A stretch of 64,000 bases of DNA from Nitrospirales bacterium. Lineage in GTDB: Bacteria; Nitrospirota; Nitrospiria; Nitrospirales; UBA8639. A program made the translations under genes and the position numbers. Each line of letters opens with the position of its first letter. Position 1 is the stretch's first letter. The DNA is taken from NCBI GenBank assembly GCA_963555755.3, contig OY820905.2, positions 960,001 through 1,024,000 of the forward strand, read 5' to 3'. A model generated the notes under the pieces. The model was given only the letters and a program-made list of their open reading frames with translations. It searched no databases and was not told the DNA's origin. This document shows positions 1 to 12,032 of the stretch, piece by piece.

Positions 1-2697
1 CCCAGCTAGCATGCTCTCGGCTTGTTTGAGTTCCGTGATGTCAGACAACATTCCGTTCCACACAATGCTGTTGTCTTCCTTCTGTTGGTCCGGAATCGAG
101 CTCCCACGAAGCCATTTAACCTTCCCTGTTGCCGTACGAATCCGAAAATCATAGCTCCAAGGCCTCATGGTCTTGCCCGAAACTTGGATGCTGTCCCACA
201 GGATCGGCTGGTCCGCAGGAAGAATACGGTCCCATACCCGACTGAAATCCTCTTGGGCTTCAGCTTGAGTTAACTCAAACAGCTCTTCCACACCACCACT
301 GATAAATTGGAAGCTCTGCACGCCATCCTCGGTCAGCTTGTATTGATACACAGCCCCTGGGACAGCATCCGTGATCTGTTGAAGTTTCATCTCGCTTTCC
401 CGTATCGCCTTTTGAGCAAGTTTCTGTTCTGTGGTATCCACCATGACCCCTTGCAACTTTCTTCGTTCCCCTTTGTCCCATACCACCGTCACCAGATCCC
501 GAAGCCATACCACATCCCCATTAGCGGCTATCATGCGATATTCAAACTCGTAATAATCATTCTGGGCTGAGTGTTGGATACAATATTCTATAGCCCAGTC
601 CCTATCCTCAGGGTGAATATGGTCCTGCCAGAAGGTGGGCTCCTCGATCCAGCGTGTACAAGGGTAGCCGAGCAATCGTTCAGCCTCTTGGCTGACCAAT
701 GTAAATTGAAATGTCCGTAAATCAGCTTCCCAGACAATTCCCTTCACAGAGTTGACAAGTTGTTCATATTCCCTCTGTGTTTCTCCAAGCGCGATTTCCG
801 ACCGCTTGCGTTCGGTGATGTCCGTGGAAATTCCACAGATGGCATAGGGCGTCCCATGGTGATTGCGAAGTGGAAACTTGTTAGAAATAAAGGTATGAAC
901 CCCTTCCTCGTGAGGGATCACCTCTTCCGACACCAAGGGCATGCCAGCTCGGAGCACCTTCTGGTCGTTCTCCTGATGCGCCTCTGCGACCTCAGGTGGA
1001 AATAGGTCATAGTCTGTCTTCCCAGCAATCTCTTCTGTTTCGATATTACAGTACGTTTTATGTTTCTTGTTGCTGAGGATATATCGCCCTCGGAGGTCCT
1101 TGACATAGATAGCCGCTGGGCTTTCCTCGATGATCGCCTGGAGTCTTGCTTCCTCCTCCAACAGTTCTATCTCCACGTTGTGGCGTGCAATGTATTCCCC
1201 TAACACATTGGCGATCCCCTGGAGAAAATGAATGTCCTCTTGGTGGAAAGATTGGAGCTTGCGGGTACACACTCCCAACACGCCCAAGGGCTGTCCAGGG
1301 CCAGGTATAGTGACCCAAATGCCGCTCCGAATGTCTTGATCATCCAACAACGGCTCTATCTGAAACCGCTTTTCCGTGTGGAAGTCCTCCACGATCACTG
1401 GCTCATGAGAGCCTAGGGTATAGCCCGGGTAGAAACGGGATTCAGCATCTATTTTCGCAGAGCCCACGAGTCCCTCTCGCCACCCAATGCCTGCTTGTAA
1501 TAGAAACATATGGCTCTCAGGGATGTATTCCAGAACCTGACTGTATTCGGCCTCAAGGAGTCCGGCGATCAGGATGGCCGATTCTTTCATCAATCCAGAT
1601 ACTAGGGCTCCCCCCAGGGCCTCTGTCCCCAACGTGGCCACGCCGGCTTGTTGGCTCGCTCGTGTTCTCAGTTTCAGTTCCGCCTGCTTCTGTCTGTTGA
1701 TATCCAGCAAAACACCACTCACCTGCTGCAGACTGCCCTCTTCATTGAAATGCAGGACGCCTCTGTCGTGCATCCAGATATAGTTCCCATTCTGACGTTG
1801 GAAACGATACTCTACATCGAAAAGACGCCGTTCGGTTTGGGCCTGTGCAAATTCTTCCATGACTCTCTGGTAATCCTCAGGGTGGATTCTGGAAAGCCAA
1901 CTGGCTCTATTGGTTCCCATCTCCTCCACATTGTATCCCAGAAGTTTGACGTAGACGCCATTCCACCCAATGCGGTCCGCTGAGACATCGTAGTCATACA
2001 CGATCTCGCCTAAGGCCTGAACGAAGGATTCGTTTCGGCGAATCAAGTCATCCTTCAAGATTTCCAGCTGTTGATTCGCTCGCTTAAGCGCCATTTCCGC
2101 CTGCTTACGTTCGGTGATGTTCTCCATAGTGGCTACTATAAGTGTTGGCTTCCCTTCCCTATCACGGACCACGGAGGCAGCGACGTTGCACCATATGATG
2201 GTTTGAGATTTTGTGAGAAATCGGTTTTCAAATTGAAAGTTTGGAAGTCCACTCTTGAACACTCGGGTAGTCAGGTCCACCGATTGTTCGACATCATCAG
2301 GGTGGGTGATATCCTTGATGGTTCGCCTCTTGAGCGCCTGCTTGGTATATCCAAGCAGGTCACAGAAGGCGCGATTTACTTGGACGAGTTGAAGGTCAGG
2401 GTTGAGAGTGGCCATGGACACCGTTTCACCTTCCAACGCTACCCGAAATTTCGCCTCAGTATCCTCAATAGCCTCTTGGACTTTGCTTGTGCCGGATGGC
2501 GGATATTTCTTTCCTCGTACCGGCCCGGCTGTGGCCTTTTTTTTGTCCACCAATCCGGTGCGGTTTACCCTTGCAACCGCCGGAATGACCTTCTTGCCAT
2601 TTCCCTTTTCATAGCGTTTCTCCAGCTCGGCCACATGCGAATGGAGGCCTGATAATTCCTCAAGAAGCTGGGCTTTAGTTTTGGAAGTATTTTTCAT
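1..2697 (-). CDS. Multi-PAS/PAC plus GAF sensory protein (probable kinase or cyclase N-terminal region); runs off the left edge
   Basis: ATG at 2697 after AGGGAAGAG. My translation gives PAS motifs (VNRAFCDLLGY..ITHPDD..ENITERKQAE) repeated several times and a GAF segment (GYTLGSHEPVIVEDF). Absent from the ORF track because the stop lies outside the window. Confidence 0.8.
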   Translation of the reverse strand, partial: MKNTSKTKAQLLEELSGLHSHVAELEKRYEKGNGKKVIPAVARVNRTGLVDKKKATAGPVRGKKYPPSGTSKVQEAIEDTEAKFRVALEGETVSMATLNPDLQLVQVNRAFCDLLGYTKQALKRRTIKDITHPDDVEQSVDLTTRVFKSGLPNFQFENRFLTKSQTIIWCNVAASVVRDREGKPTLIVATMENITERKQAEMALKRANQQLEILKDDLIRRNESFVQALGEIVYDYDVSADRIGWNGVYVKLLGYNVEEMGTNRASWLSRIHPEDYQRVMEEFAQAQTERRLFDVEYRFQRQNGNYIWMHDRGVLHFNEEGSLQQVSGVLLDINRQKQAELKLRTRASQQAGVATLGTEALGGALVSGLMKESAILIAGLLEAEYSQVLEYIPESHMFLLQAGIGWREGLVGSAKIDAESRFYPGYTLGSHEPVIVEDFHTEKRFQIEPLLDDQDIRSGIWVTIPGPGQPLGVLGVCTRKLQSFHQEDIHFLQGIANVLGEYIARHNVEIELLEEEARLQAIIEESPAAIYVKDLRGRYILSNKKHKTYCNIETEEIAGKTDYDLFPPEVAEAHQENDQKVLRAGMPLVSEEVIPHEEGVHTFISNKFPLRNHHGTPYAICGISTDITERKRSEIALGETQREYEQLVNSVKGIVWEADLRTFQFTLVSQEAERLLGYPCTRWIEEPTFWQDHIHPEDRDWAIEYCIQHSAQNDYYEFEYRMIAANGDVVWLRDLVTVVWDKGERRKLQGVMVDTTEQKLAQKAIRESEMKLQQITDAVPGAVYQYKLTEDGVQSFQFISGGVEELFELTQAEAQEDFSRVWDRILPADQPILWDSIQVSGKTMRPWSYDFRIRTATGKVKWLRGSSIPDQQKEDNSIVWNGMLSDITELKQAESMLAG

Positions 2698-3001
2698 CGG
2701 ACTCTTCCCTTACGTCACGAAGTTTCTGAATTAGGCTGTGCCGTTATACGGGGAACCGGGCATTCAATTTTTTATCAGTTTTTGGGGTAGTGACTACTCC
2801 AGCCTCTTTCATTATTGGGATTTTTCGTTCAGAAAAACTCCCTGTGTCTTTTATGAGCGGTGACCCTTTACAATCCCTCGATAGACGACCAACCCGTACT
2901 CAGTGACAAAGCCAATGAAGATTTTTTACCATCCGACTTCTATCGTTCCATACTATCAATCCTGCCCCTGGACTGCCTATTTCCAGAAGTGAAGAACCTA
3001 A

Positions 3002-3306
3002 GGGTTCGCGCAAAAATAACTTCTTTATGTTGGGGTGTTGAGGCCCCGGTCTAGCAAGGCGCGAGGGCTGCACACACTCCTCGGTATGGAAAGGACGAGC
3101 AACGCCGCCAGACAGGATGGACCGACGCCCAAACAATAGGAAGGGCACCTCTAAAAACCGTCCTTTTCCGTGATGGCGGGGTCAGCCGCGTGTTCAAATC
3201 CTCATGTATTCGCCCATACACTCCGGTTTTCCGCGCGCGGCTTCCTTGCCCTCACAAAAAATGCCGGGTTTGTAGAGGTGCCCGGAAGTTATTTTTGCGC
3301 GAGCCC
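3002..3306. mobile_element. IS5-like MITE (family B) containing a second MITE at 3143-3283
   Basis: TIR GGGTTCGCGCAAAAATAACTTC / GAAGTTATTTTTGCGCGAGCCC with TAA on both flanks. Inner TIR GGGCACCTCTA / TAGAGGTGCCC with GGAA duplicated. Confidence 0.8.
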
Positions 3307-3524
3307 TAAGCGGCAGGACCAACTCCACGGTCAGATACTTGAGAACGATAGACACACTAATAACGAGCGTGGCAAACATCCGTTCCCCACTCCCTAAGTG
3401 AAGGCCTCATCCATTAGGTCTCCTCATTTTATGAATCACCGAAGGGAAGTAACGGCCCTATCTTGATGGTTATGAATGGGGCAACACAAAACGGAATTTT
3501 ATACTCTAATTTTTTATACTCTAC

Positions 3525-4848
3525 CACTAGTGTCCGGTAAAAGTGACCAACACCCGCGCTAACTCCCTGTTCTAACAAAGGAAATCACGATTTAATGGGT
3601 GTTACCGATTTCGATTGTGAAAAATGCTGTGCTGAGGCACTCTCCGATATTTGGGGGGCACACCATGCACGAGGGGCAACTCATTTTTTCACAAGTCACC
3701 GATCATTTACCCCTGCACACCTTTCGTCGATCTGTTCAGCGTTATCAAGGCGAACGCTATGTGAAGCAGTTCCGTTGTCTCGATCAGTACCTGGTCATGG
3801 CGTTTGCACAGTTGACCTATCGCGAAAGTCTTCGCGATATCGAAGCCTGTCTTCGTGCTCACCAAACCAAACTCTATCATATGGGGATTCGCACCACGAT
3901 TTCCCGGAGCACCCTGGCCGAGGCCAACGAACAACGAGATTGGCGAATTTATGCCGACTTCGCTCAGGCCTTGATCCAGCTGGCCCGTCCCTTGTATGCC
4001 AAAGAGGACTTGGGGCTCGATCTCAACCATACCGTGTACGCGCTCGATGCCTCCACTATCGATCTCTGCCTGTCTCTTTTTCCCTGGGCACGGTTTCGTT
4101 CCACCAAGTCCGCCGTGAAACTCCATACCCTGCTCGATTTACGCGGCAATATTCCGACCTTTATCCATATCTCGGACGGCAAGCTTCACGACGTCAATGT
4201 TCTCGATATCCTTCTGCCAGAGCCTGGAGCATTCTATATCATGGATCGAGGGTATCTGGACTTCGAGCGACTGTTCACCCTCACGCAATCGGGAACATTT
4301 TTCGTCATTCGAGCCAAGAGCAATACGCAGTACAAACGGCAATACTCCCATGCCATCGACAAAGCTCATGGGTTGCGATGCGATCAGACAATCGTGCTGA
4401 CTGGAGCCAATACCAAGCACGCCTATCCTCAGCCATTGCGACGAGTCAAATACCACGACAGCAAGACCGACAAGACGTTCAACTTTCTCACCAACAACTT
4501 TGCCACGCCGGCACAAACCGTCGCCGATCTCTATCGCTATCGCTGGCAAGTGGAGCTCTTTTTTAAATGGATCAAACAGCATCTCAGAATCAAATCGTTT
4601 TTTGGCACCTCCGAGAATGCCGTCAAGAGCCAGATCTGGATCGCCATCTCGATCTATGTGCTGGTGGCAATCATCAAAAAACGACTCGATCTCAAGGCAG
4701 ACCTCTACACAATTTTACAGGTGTTGAGCCTGACCCTGTTTGAGAAAATTCCATTGAATCAACTCCTTACGGATAAGCGCTACAATGAGGCGGCCTATGC
4801 CATGTGCAACCAATTGAATTTGTTCGATAATTTAACCGGACAGTAGTG
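3525..4848 (+). mobile_element. IS4-family insertion sequence
   Basis: TIR CACTAGTGTCCGGT / ACCGGACAGTAGTG; 9-bp TSD ATACTCTAC at 3516-3524 and 4849-4857. Confidence 0.93.
3665..4846 (+). CDS. IS4-family DDE transposase (DUF4372-type N-terminus)
   Basis: LDASTI, MDRGY and YRYRWQVELFFKWIKQ motifs. Confidence 0.93.
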   Translation: MHEGQLIFSQVTDHLPLHTFRRSVQRYQGERYVKQFRCLDQYLVMAFAQLTYRESLRDIEACLRAHQTKLYHMGIRTTISRSTLAEANEQRDWRIYADFAQALIQLARPLYAKEDLGLDLNHTVYALDASTIDLCLSLFPWARFRSTKSAVKLHTLLDLRGNIPTFIHISDGKLHDVNVLDILLPEPGAFYIMDRGYLDFERLFTLTQSGTFFVIRAKSNTQYKRQYSHAIDKAHGLRCDQTIVLTGANTKHAYPQPLRRVKYHDSKTDKTFNFLTNNFATPAQTVADLYRYRWQVELFFKWIKQHLRIKSFFGTSENAVKSQIWIAISIYVLVAIIKKRLDLKADLYTILQVLSLTLFEKIPLNQLLTDKRYNEAAYAMCNQLNLFDNLTGQ

Positions 4849-5192
4849 ATACTCTACCTTAATTCTGGAAGAGTCAATCTCCCATGCATCTCTTTATTCT
4901 TCTGCGACATTGTCAAACGACCCTATCAGATAATCCACGGGAGCAATGGGGCTAGGAGCAGAGCAGAAGATTTTCCGATGTGTTGAGGCTTGCACGGAAA
5001 TCCACGGGTCATACACTCCTACTCAGGAATGCCTTTCTCTTCAGGAAAAAACGTGACGATCTTAAACTGGAATTCGGAGGTACAATAGGGAATGCCTCCC
5101 GATGTGTAGAATTTCCAGGAATGAGGCGAATTGACTCTGCAGTGGAGTGGAAGGAAGCGATCGTTCAATCATTTTAGGTGGGAGAAAACGCT

Positions 5193-5864
5193 CTACCCTT
5201 TGTCCTGACCCATTGCGTTGAGAAACGAATCAGCTTCTTTGATGGAAGCTTCCATGTCCTTGATAAGGGAAGCAATGTCATTCTCCACGGACACTAACTC
5301 TTGTTTTAACGAGGCAATGGCTTGCGCATTCAAGTTGTGTTTGAGAAAAAGCACTTGATCCTTGAACGCGGCGATTACAGGACCCATCTTCTTTTCTGCC
5401 CGTTTCATGGCCCTAATCAACTGGGAATATTGCTTGCGTGTTTGGTCTAACTTTTGTTGACTGACACGGCGAAGATTCTTATTGGAATACTGCCCCAACT
5501 CAATTTCCCATTCATTGAACAACGCTTCAGAGACATCCTCAACGGAGGCAATGCGATCATGAACAGCCTGCGCTTTGCTCTCGCTGCGTTCATACTCAGC
5601 ATTCAACTTCTCGTATGTGTCCTGCAGCGCCCCACCTTTGAAATTTAACACCGTGGAGAATTGTTCAAACGCCGTTTGAAATTGTTCTTTGGCTTCTTCC
5701 TGTGCATCCCGCGCTTTTTGCACATCAGACACCAAGAGGTCTCGCTTGTGATACCCCAACGTTTCCATCGCCCCGTAATACGCGGTGTGACAGCCGACCA
5801 AAACCATGACGAGCACAAACCCTAGAAGAACAAAATTCATTTTTCTCACCGAAAACTGATGCAT
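5193..5864 (-). CDS. DUF2959-family coiled-coil lipoprotein
   Basis: Lipobox-like LVGC; YYGAME.LG.HKRD and VLFLKHNLNAQAI motifs; AGGAG upstream of ATG 5864. Confidence 0.85.
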   Translation of the reverse strand: MHQFSVRKMNFVLLGFVLVMVLVGCHTAYYGAMETLGYHKRDLLVSDVQKARDAQEEAKEQFQTAFEQFSTVLNFKGGALQDTYEKLNAEYERSESKAQAVHDRIASVEDVSEALFNEWEIELGQYSNKNLRRVSQQKLDQTRKQYSQLIRAMKRAEKKMGPVIAAFKDQVLFLKHNLNAQAIASLKQELVSVENDIASLIKDMEASIKEADSFLNAMGQDKG

Positions 5865-6098
5865 ATTTGTCACTCCTCTAACCAGCCGCATGATGCCACA
5901 AACCTTACCCCTTAACCGCTCACTCCCTGGGCACCAATGACAATGGGATCTTCTCTGTTGAAAGTTCGCGCATCCTATCCTCTCGAACATATGCATTCAA
6001 GAAAAATTTCCATTTGTGTCGACCCGACACATAGACAAGAAGAAGGGCCAACTTCATAATACCAAGCTCGTGACATTTATTGTGGGGAGGAAACTGAA

Positions 6099-6428
6099 AT
6101 GACTATTCCCGTCTCACTTGGTTTGTTTGTCTTAGCCGGGCTGTGCGAAATTGGCGGCGGCTACTTGGTGTGGCAATGGATTCGCGAAGGAAAACCCTTG
6201 GGCATCGGTATACTCGGCGGCCTCTTACTCATGACCTACGGCGTCATTCCCACATTTCAACAGGCACACTTTGGGCGAGTCTATGCGGCGTACGGCGGCA
6301 TGTTTATCGTCCTGTCCCTACTATGGGGATGGGCACTCGATGGGACCCGCCCCGATCGATTCGATGTGGTCGGAGCGTTACTTTGCCTTGGCGGAGTCGC
6401 CATCATCATGTACAGCCCACGCCCATAA
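6099..6428 (+). CDS. ynfA: YnfA/UPF0060 small membrane protein
   Basis: [14 protein letters not shown] and [10 protein letters not shown] motifs; 109 aa. Confidence 0.92.
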   Translation: MTIPVSLGLFVLAGLCEIGGGYLVWQWIREGKPLGIGILGGLLLMTYGVIPTFQQAHFGRVYAAYGGMFIVLSLLWGWALDGTRPDRFDVVGALLCLGGVAIIMYSPRP

Positions 6429-6527
6429 AAAGAATGTGAACACCCATGATCATCTTTCATTCGCCGAAAGATTCAACAATAACCCTCTCATTTGTGCAGC
6501 TGAATGGTCACACCATTTAGAAACAAA

Positions 6528-6649
6528 GGGGCCTGTTCAAAATGGTCGTCCAGCAAGGCCGCAGGCCCTTTGGCACGCGGAGCGTACAGCAGTACGTGAG
6601 CATGACAAAGGGCCGAGAACGCCGCTGGCGAGCATTTTCAACAGGCCCC
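6528..6649. repeat. IS5-like MITE; related copies at 20010-20155 and (degenerate) ~25700-25897
   Basis: TIR GGGGCCTGTT.AAAAT / ATTTTCAACAGGCCCC; shared core GTCCAGCAAGGCCGCAG...GAGAACGCCGCTGGCG. Confidence 0.75.
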
Positions 6650-6665
6650 CGGAAGGAGAAGATCC

Positions 6666-7409
6666 ATGATTAGTTGGTTGGCCGACCCACAAGCCTGGCT
6701 GGCACTCGGTACTTTAACAGCCCTTGAAATTGTACTGGGAATCGACAACATCATCTTTATTTCCATCCTGGCCTCGAAACTTCCTAAAGCCGAGCAGCCA
6801 CGTGCCAGGTTCTGGGGACTGACGGTCGCGATGGTCACACGATTGTTGCTTTTGTTTTCGTTATCGTGGCTGATGAGCCTGACCGCTCCACTCATCACGA
6901 TCTTCGCTTATGAAATATCCGGACGCGACATCATCCTGCTAGTCGGCGGCCTCTTTCTCTTGGGGAAAAGCACATTGGAGATTCACGACAAACTCGAAGG
7001 CGAAGAAGAACATACCTCGACACGGGGAGCGGCAACCTTTGGAGCCATCATTTTCCAGATTGCCCTTCTCGATATTGTGTTCTCTCTTGATTCCGTGATT
7101 ACGGCCATTGGAATGGCGGATCGCGTGAGCGTCATGGCCACCGCCATCGTCATTGCCGTGTTGGTAATGATGGCGGCCTCAGGAGCCATTAGCGAATTCA
7201 TCGACCAACGTCCGACAATCAAAATGCTCGCATTGAGCTTTTTGTTACTGGTAGGAGTCATGCTCATTGGTGAAGGGCTGCACTTCCATATCCCGAAAGG
7301 CTATGTCTATTTCGCCATGGCCTTCTCAGTCTTTGTGGAAATGCTCAATACGAAGATCCGTCGTCGTCGGATGCCACCACTCAAACTCAGGCAACGCTAT
7401 GTGGAATGA
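6666..7409 (+). CDS. TerC-family membrane protein
   Basis: LEIVLGIDN and DIVFSLDSVITA motifs. Confidence 0.92.
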   Translation: MISWLADPQAWLALGTLTALEIVLGIDNIIFISILASKLPKAEQPRARFWGLTVAMVTRLLLLFSLSWLMSLTAPLITIFAYEISGRDIILLVGGLFLLGKSTLEIHDKLEGEEEHTSTRGAATFGAIIFQIALLDIVFSLDSVITAIGMADRVSVMATAIVIAVLVMMAASGAISEFIDQRPTIKMLALSFLLLVGVMLIGEGLHFHIPKGYVYFAMAFSVFVEMLNTKIRRRRMPPLKLRQRYVE

Positions 7410-7456
7410 TGCAGATGACTGGAATGCAATAGGTAGGGATGAAAAAAAAGGGCAAA

Positions 7457-8220
7457 TCACAATTCAGTCGTGGCTGCCTGGTCGTGACAATCAGGACAGA
7501 TGACATAGTGAATCGGCATAATAGGTTTAAGAAGGTTGTATTGCCAACCCAGTGTCACCCAATCCTTCCATCTTTGAGAGAAACCCTTGACTCGCAAACA
7601 CAAACTACACTGGCAAATTATTACTTGCTCAAGAGAAATCTCTTTTTCATGGCTGGGAGTAAAGGTTATTGGTCGTTCAACTAATAACCGGCCATCGAGA
7701 CACAACGCGTTATTGGGCAAAGCCGAAATACTTAAAACCAAATGGCGTTCGATTAAACCTAGAAACGGCAGTTGGGCGCAAAAAAGACGTGTAAGATATT
7801 GGTGTGCATGGTGAAATACAAAAAGTCGTGTCACCTCTCTGGTGATGAGACCTTTTTGTATTTTGCCAGGTGCGCCAAGGGCTTGCGCGGACTTTTGTGA
7901 TCCAACTGCCGTTTCTAGGTTAAAGGAGAATCACCTCTAAAGGCAACCTGCATATTTCGATGTTGGGTTCGCACGGACTCAAAAATCTGTTCATAAAAAG
8001 GTCTCGTCTCTGGGCCATAGATAAATTTCCACAGGGTTTGGCCAAGCACTGTTGTTTCGGTAAGATCAGGGGTTCCGTTGGCGACAGCAAAGTCAAGCCA
8101 ATCCTGATTCACGAAGGCAATGAAATCCGAAGCATCCAGATGATACAAATAGCGAGATGTGTAAGGAGCTTCCAAACCCTTACCCCCCAGTTCGGTATTG
8201 AGGAGAATTCCAAAATTCAA
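7457..8220 (-). pseudogene. Hypothetical PAS-like protein with C-terminal CxxC...CxxC, split by the MITE at 7758-7919
   Basis: Removing the MITE and one TTAAA joins ...FRGDSPL to IERHLV...CSLC...ICPDC in frame. Confidence 0.75.
7758..7919. mobile_element. 162-bp MITE family A (CCTAG ends, TTNAA duplication)
   Basis: TIR CCTAGAAACGGCAGTTGG; TSD TTAAA; identical by eye to 12777-12938. Confidence 0.92.
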
Positions 8221-8461
8221 ACATTTTGAACCTGGAAAGAAAACAACCCCGGAACCGTTTCAGGCTAAGGGTTTTTGATGGGTGTAACCTGTGTAATCCA
8301 CAAGGAAAAAGGGAAAGGTGGGGAGACAGGATTATCAGAGACGGCGTATACTTCATACTTCTTTTCTCGGACAATTCAATCCCAAACCGTCCATCTCTAA
8401 TAGGAAGCAGAGTATGAGGGGATTCCAATATTCTTCCACAAGAAAATCCAGAGTTAGTTAA

Positions 8462-9463
<1,002 letters not shown>

Positions 9464-10136
9464 GGACCTGAGAGAAAATAACTTGAACAATTTCGCGCCA
9501 AGATTTGGGTTGGAGTTGGACAGAACGATTGAGAAAAACCCGAGGCATAGCACAGCTATGTTGAAGGTTTTTCGATTGAGGCCCGTTCAACCTAGAAACG
9601 GCAGTTGGGCACAAAAAAGACGTGTAAGATATTGGTGTGCATGGTGAAATAAAAAAAGTCGTGGTCACCTTAGGGCTCGCGCAACAATAACTTTCCCTGT
9701 TTGGGCGTCGATCCATCCCGTCTGGCGGCGTTGCTCGTCCTTTCCATACGAGGAGTATGCGCAGTCCTCGCGCCTTGCCAGACAGGTGTCTCAGCACCCA
9801 AACAGGGAAAGTTATTGTTGCGCGAACCCTCAGTGGTGATGAGACATTTTTTTATTTTGCCAGGTGCGCCTAGGAGCCTGTCCGAGATTAGGGATCGTTG
9901 CGAGGGGGTGCTGGTTTGAGTCAGATGTTTCGATCGTTTGAGGCGAATAGTAGTGCCTATTTAACGAAAAGGATCGGGAGATCTGGCCAAATCCAGCGCA
10001 CCCACAGTAGATCCGTCTAATCTTGGACAGGCTCCTTGAGCTTGCGCGGACTTTTGTGATCCAACTGCTGTTTCTAGGTTCAAAGATGGCCCGAAGATTG
10101 GATGCGAAATTGTTCAAGTTATTTTCTCTCAGGTCC
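9464..10136. mobile_element. Nested MITE stack: outer IS5-like MITE containing family A (9591-10078), which contains family B (9673-9829) and family C (9874-10034)
   Basis: Outer 33-bp perfect TIR GGACCTGAGAGAAAATAACTTGAACAATTTCGC with TAA duplication. Family A has TSD TTCAA. Families B and C each have their own TIRs. Confidence 0.9.
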
Positions 10137-10236
10137 TAACTGAGCGCCCACTCACATGGGTGACATTGAGAGACAGAGGATTGAAAACACCAGGCTGGTT
10201 CCCTATCCTAAGAATTGAGGAGGAGATCCCAGGACC

Positions 10237-10551
10237 ATGACATTACGAGCCCATGCCGAAGCTCTCTACGAAGCCCTTCGCCCGATCTTGGGCGACCATG
10301 AGGCTTCCCAAGTGCAAACCAAACTCGAACGAGAGCTGCGTCATGTGGTTCCAAATTGGAATGAGGCAATTCCAGATTGCCCAGGATGGTATTGGTTCAA
10401 ACCACCGGGCATTAGTGAACCTCAGCTCTTGCTCGTGAGTCACGGACGGATAGACACCAAACTCATGGCCGACCTCGGACCGCCCAACAATTTGGTAGAT
10501 GTGCAACGAGTCAAAGGACAATGGGCAGGACCACTGCTCCCACCAACCTAA
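10237..10551 (+). CDS. Hypothetical protein
   Basis: GAGGAG RBS; 104 aa; PGWYWF...WAGPL motif. Confidence 0.7.
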   Translation: MTLRAHAEALYEALRPILGDHEASQVQTKLERELRHVVPNWNEAIPDCPGWYWFKPPGISEPQLLLVSHGRIDTKLMADLGPPNNLVDVQRVKGQWAGPLLPPT

Positions 10552-10602
10552 AGATGAAGGAAGGCATTGACATCGTTTCGAAGCAGACAAAAGACATCAA
10601 CC

Positions 10603-11055
10603 ATGACGAGCACCAAAAGATGGATAACGATTTTGATTGTGGTCGCATGGAGTTTGGCTGGGCAGGTCGGCATCAACCAAGCGAAAAAACCGTCAAATAC
10701 ACTGACGATCCAAAACGATTCAGGCCAATTCGTCTTAGTCAAAATCGTGGGTCCCACCAGAGCTGTCATGAAGATCCCCCTTGACCGAAAAAAGAAAATC
10801 CATCTTGCCCCTGGCGAGTACTATATTCTCGTGAGGTTTGGGTTCGCACCCAAAGAATATATCTACACCAAAGGTGAACCCTTTACCCTGACCCAAGAGC
10901 AAGATCGATTTTCACACACCAGCATTACCCTACACCGGGTAATCCCCGGAATCGAGAATCCTTATGAGGCATCCGGAGAGGAATTTAAGAACTTTATACT
11001 TTCGAAAGGAAAGAAAAATTCACCATCACACGGAACACATGGAGCCGACGAATAA
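10603..11055 (+). CDS. Hypothetical exported protein
   Basis: N-terminal hydrophobic segment; beta-rich LAPGEYYILV region. Confidence 0.65.
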   Translation: MTSTKRWITILIVVAWSLAGQVGINQAKKPSNTLTIQNDSGQFVLVKIVGPTRAVMKIPLDRKKKIHLAPGEYYILVRFGFAPKEYIYTKGEPFTLTQEQDRFSHTSITLHRVIPGIENPYEASGEEFKNFILSKGKKNSPSHGTHGADE

Positions 11056-11069
11056 TTCCTCCCTGTTGG

Positions 11070-11858
11070 TTAGGTGGCGAGCACGACCAGCCCCATCAGC
11101 ATCATTCCTCCACCAGCCAAACGCCCGCCATACACCCCAAAAGGCAATACCTTTTCGAGAAACACAAAAACTGCAATCCCGGCAATCCAGAGCAGGTTCA
11201 TCACACCTCCGACAAAGAGCAAACCCATCAACGCCCAACAGCACCCAAGGCAAAACGCGCCATGTTCCACCCCCAATCGAAACGCCCCACCCACTCCTGG
11301 TCGCCAATGATGCGAAAAAAAATGCGCTGGCGAGCGGCAGTGATCTAAACATACATTTTTCCATGGGGTCAGTTGATAGAGCCCTGCGATTATTAGAAGC
11401 CCCCCTCCCAGCACGTGGCTCTTGGTCATCATCATTGGCGAAAGCAACGACGTTTCATGAAGTCCCCATTGCAACAGCGTCGCACCCACACTAAAGAGAC
11501 ACCACATCACCAAATAGCCGGAGACGAAGGCTGCGATTGGGGCCATCGGCGTTCCTTGCCGCTCGGCTTTGCGCACCATGCCCGCATACAAGAGCGTCAT
11601 AGGCGCGGCGCTCGGAACCATCATCCCCACCATCATGATCGCCCACATAAAAAACATGAACACGAAATCCGCCGGCATCCAGGGATGCATTTGCATCATA
11701 GAGTCTGCCGCCTTCATATCCATCGCCGGCATCCGTGCCCACAGATAAATCACATACGCCCACGCCAAGGCCGTCACCCCAGCCAGCGCCGCCAAAATCG
11801 CAATCCGATCACGTCGAGGAAGCGGATGAGGGGAAGTAGCGGGCAAAAGCAAATCCAT
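11070..11858 (-). CDS. DUF2182-family Met/Cys-rich membrane protein
   Basis: MW.IMM.GMM.PS, YQLTPWK..CL.HC and CLGCCWALM motifs; usual partner of DUF1326. Confidence 0.88.
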   Translation of the reverse strand: MDLLLPATSPHPLPRRDRIAILAALAGVTALAWAYVIYLWARMPAMDMKAADSMMQMHPWMPADFVFMFFMWAIMMVGMMVPSAAPMTLLYAGMVRKAERQGTPMAPIAAFVSGYLVMWCLFSVGATLLQWGLHETSLLSPMMMTKSHVLGGGLLIIAGLYQLTPWKNVCLDHCRSPAHFFSHHWRPGVGGAFRLGVEHGAFCLGCCWALMGLLFVGGVMNLLWIAGIAVFVFLEKVLPFGVYGGRLAGGGMMLMGLVVLAT

Positions 11859-12032
11859 AAATGAAAAATATAAGGAGGGTCGAAGAAACCAGCAACTCAC
11901 CGAATCAATCCAATGCCACAAAAACCTGGATTCCCGCTGACAACCGCGGGAATGACGCGACTAAAATTGATGGACCGCATCTGGACCAACCGATCTCTAG
12001 AATTCTAAACGTGGAAAACGCATTTCCCCTAA

